Assembly (NCBI GenBank): GCA_045535075.1
Contig: JAZSKX010000017.1
Span: 32,001-96,000 of the forward strand
Length of the DNA: 64,000 bases
Reading direction: 5' to 3'
DNA from: Candidatus Spyradenecus sp.
Lineage (GTDB): Bacteria > Verrucomicrobiota > Verrucomicrobiia > Opitutales > UBA953
The notes under the pieces are model-generated. The model saw nothing but the letters and a program-made list of their open reading frames with translations. It was not told the origin of the DNA and made no database searches. The translations under genes were made by a program, and so were the position numbers. Positions 61,252 to 64,000 of the stretch are shown one piece after another (positions within the stretch are counted from its first letter, which is position 1; the number at the start of each line of letters is the position of its first letter).

Positions 61252-62234
61252 AATCCGAAAACATCCCTTTCTCTCAAAACCGCGAAGCAAGTATCGGCGC
61301 ACTCGGCGAAATCGCGCTCCTGAAAAAAATTGCCGCATGGCTTGCTCCGTTCCCGCAAGTTGCCCGCCCCTCCCCGCGCGGCATCGGCGACGATTGCGCT
61401 GTTTTCCCGAACGAACACGGGAACGCCCGACGCCTCGTAACCACCGACAGCGTTATTTTTTCCAAGCATTTTGACGCAAGCGTTTCCCCGCAAGCCGCCG
61501 GAGCCAAACTAATCAAACGCAACGCAAGCGACATTGCGGCAATGGGCGGCGTTCCCGCGGATGCCGTGCTTTCACTGGTCATGAGCCGCGACATCAAAAT
61601 CGAGTGGTTAGAAAAATTTTACGCGGGAATGGCGCAAGCCTGCGCCGGGCTCAGCATCGAACTCGCCGGCGGCGATGTTGCCTCCGCACCGGCGGGAACG
61701 CAAATTTTCATTGCAACGCTCACGCTCACCGGATTCTGCGAAAACGAACCGCTCTTACGGGCAGGCGCACAAGTAGGCGATGTCGTTTTCGTCACGGGAA
61801 CACTCGGCGGCAGCATCGAAAAAAAACACTTTGCGTTTACCCCGCGCCTGAAAGAGGGGGAATTTTTGGCAAGTTTCCCGCGAGAGAAAATTCGCGCCTG
61901 CATGGATATTACGGACGGCTTGGCAAAAGACCTGCGGGAAATCGTTCCCGCAAACGCGCATATTGAATTCGATTTTTCCGCAATTCCGATTTCCGACGAA
62001 GCGGAAAAACTTTCCGGCGGCAACCGCGAACTCGCGCTCGAACACGCATTTTGCGACGGCGAAGACTACGAACTTGTTTTTTGCGTCGCAGCGGAATTCG
62101 AATCAACGCTTAAGGCTCTTTGGCGGGAACGCTTTCCGCAAACGCCCTTGGCAAGAATCGGGCAAATTGCCTCCGGAGCCGCATCGTTCCCGCAACTCGG
62201 GAAATCCGGCTCCGGCTACGAACATTTTCGTTAA
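61248..62234 (+). CDS. thiL: Thiamine-monophosphate kinase
   Basis: GIGDDCAV, NASDIAAMG, GGD, MDITDGL, GEDYEL and GYEHF; ATGA overlap with the mntP stop. Confidence 0.92.
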   Translation: MKSENIPFSQNREASIGALGEIALLKKIAAWLAPFPQVARPSPRGIGDDCAVFPNEHGNARRLVTTDSVIFSKHFDASVSPQAAGAKLIKRNASDIAAMGGVPADAVLSLVMSRDIKIEWLEKFYAGMAQACAGLSIELAGGDVASAPAGTQIFIATLTLTGFCENEPLLRAGAQVGDVVFVTGTLGGSIEKKHFAFTPRLKEGEFLASFPREKIRACMDITDGLAKDLREIVPANAHIEFDFSAIPISDEAEKLSGGNRELALEHAFCDGEDYELVFCVAAEFESTLKALWRERFPQTPLARIGQIASGAASFPQLGKSGSGYEHFR

Positions 62235-62445
62235 AAATTTCGCGCCTCAGGCGAAAGCGCTTTTATCGCCCGGCAAACACAATTTTCCTCTCTCATCACG
62301 GAAACCTTAAGAAATGAGAGAGCGTTGATCCTACCCGTTCCGAATTACCGAACCCCGGTTGCTGATTTTCACGGTTGATTTTTCCTACTCTGCGGCTATA
62401 TTTTCGCCATCTCTAAAAAACCAATCACTACGATAGGATATAAAA

Positions 62446-64000
62446 ATGAAAAAATCCGCTCTCTCCGGGATCTCCGTATTCACACTTTTCGCTGCCGCTA
62501 CACTCTGCGCAGAGGAAACCGACACAAGCACCGCGCCGGAATTGGGCGGCGCGACGTCTGCAGCGGTTAGAGCCTTAATTCATATCATCGGGGACGCAGT
62601 GAAGATTGAGGCAAAGCTCATAAAGATTCTGATTAATGCTACGGACGGCGTTGACGAGGAAGTTCTGATTTACGGGCATAATAATGAGGAGCAAAAAGGC
62701 GACGGGATTACTTTTACGGATGGAGGAGGATACTCGGGAGATGACATTGTTACCGGCTATCATATTAAAGACCTTTATCCGGAGGCATCGAATAGCGGAC
62801 AAATCGACGTAAAAGGAATTGAAGTCTATTCGCCGTATTCCGGGAAAGAGGCGGTTTGCGGGATTTACCACGAACAAGCCGGGAACGGTGCAAGACAAGG
62901 GCTTGGCAAGATCGCAGTCTCGGAAAAGGTGGACGTTTCGTATTTCGAAGACAACGCAAGCGTCGCCGGGATTTGGCAAAAAGGCTCAGACACAAGCGAA
63001 CCGCCGTATTTTTACGAGAGCGTGAAATTAAACGGCGTTAATATTTCGGCAACGGGAAGCGGCGCAACGGCTTACGGAATTGTTCAGGACGGGAACGCGC
63101 ACATAGACAAGAACCTTGAGCTTCACGGAAGCGTTTCAAGCTCACGCGGGAACGCGTTCGGTGTTAAGGGCGGCGTTTACGGTGGAAACATCTTGGCGGA
63201 CCTGACCGTCTCGGCGGGCGAAAGCGGAGTCGCCGCCGGAATTTATTTAGCCAAAACCGCGGGAAGCATCGACGGTTCAATCGACGCAGACGGAAACAGG
63301 ATAATGAATTCTGACGGGAGCGTCAAAAAAGCAAAGCTCACCGTAACATCTAACACAGCCTCGGTCGGCATCCTCTTGGGCGGGGAAAGCACATTCGACT
63401 CAGACGGGAACGTAACCGGCGAAACCAAAGGCGGGAACGTTTCCGGCGCACTCGCGAATTACGATATTTCGGTGGAGAGCAAATCTCAGAATCCGGAAAA
63501 CATGGCGATTGGCGTTTACATGCACAACGGCGCTTCGGTCGACTCGATGAGCGATTTGAAGATTTCCGCCATTTCTTACTACGGTCCCGCCGCCGGATTC
63601 GTTTACGACAACACGGGAACGGAAACAATGTCCGCAGGGACAACGATAAGCCGTTTGGATATTACGGCGGAAACGTTTACCTCCGTGTTTGAAGAGTCCG
63701 ACTGCGGACGCACCGCCGGGATTCTCATCGGAAAAGATGTCGATTTTAAAGTCGATGATTCGTCAATCACCGTCACGCCGGGGAACGGGCGGGACAGTTA
63801 CGGTTTGGCTTACGGGAAGAACGTTTCCGGCGATGCGGAAAACGGCGGGAGCGCAGACGACGGCGGGGTCGGGATCTTCAATCACACAAACAAAGATTCG
63901 TCCGGCTTGGAGATTACGAATTCGCAAATTGTCGCTTACGCCTGTAACACGGCTACGAAAGATGCGAATGCTTACGGGCTTTTTGTAGGCTATGACAAGA
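62446..64000 (+). CDS. Large secreted beta-helix-like surface protein (runs off the window)
   Basis: MKKSALSGISVFTLFAAATLCA signal peptide; frame open to the window end with recurring A-x-G-I units. Absent from the ORF track because it has no stop. Confidence 0.8.
   Translation, partial: MKKSALSGISVFTLFAAATLCAEETDTSTAPELGGATSAAVRALIHIIGDAVKIEAKLIKILINATDGVDEEVLIYGHNNEEQKGDGITFTDGGGYSGDDIVTGYHIKDLYPEASNSGQIDVKGIEVYSPYSGKEAVCGIYHEQAGNGARQGLGKIAVSEKVDVSYFEDNASVAGIWQKGSDTSEPPYFYESVKLNGVNISATGSGATAYGIVQDGNAHIDKNLELHGSVSSSRGNAFGVKGGVYGGNILADLTVSAGESGVAAGIYLAKTAGSIDGSIDADGNRIMNSDGSVKKAKLTVTSNTASVGILLGGESTFDSDGNVTGETKGGNVSGALANYDISVESKSQNPENMAIGVYMHNGASVDSMSDLKISAISYYGPAAGFVYDNTGTETMSAGTTISRLDITAETFTSVFEESDCGRTAGILIGKDVDFKVDDSSITVTPGNGRDSYGLAYGKNVSGDAENGGSADDGGVGIFNHTNKDSSGLEITNSQIVAYACNTATKDANAYGLFVGYDK

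Overview
Core-genome region, most likely from a Verrucomicrobiota bacterium of the order Opitutales. This is inferred from an IPEPS...RRRRR PEP-CTERM protein, a short ATP synthase delta subunit and large autotransporters. Gene order: rlmD-type methyltransferase; alpha-2-macroglobulin and pbpC; a phosphate cluster (porin, pstS, an inserted PEP-CTERM gene, pstCAB, phoU); the F-type ATP synthase operon atpBEFHAGDC; trmL; a HAD hydrolase; tRNA-Thr(CGT); a TPR protein; exbB/tolQ; an ABC-F ATPase; a kexin-like S8 protease autotransporter; HPr; two ~2400-aa paralogous autotransporters; a PEGA protein; ferredoxin; purM; mntP; thiL; and a truncated secreted protein. Three patterns are not explained by the gene list. 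(1) A non-palindromic motif, (G)CGTTCCC(GC)/(GC)GGGAACG(C), is strongly over-represented on both strands. It forms the stems of several terminators and is missing from some AT-rich inserted genes, which are the hallmarks of a DNA uptake sequence. (2) Most junctions of the atp and pst operons carry palindromes or single arms built from 7-10 bp tandem units. Some are empty and some enclose a passenger gene (two four-helix-bundle genes, dinD, the PEP-CTERM gene). (3) Between atpH and atpA lies a ~6 kb array of paired uncharacterised genes, stitched together by duplicated copies of the atpA leader and by a synonymously diverged copy of the atpH 3' end. All counts and alignments were done by eye.
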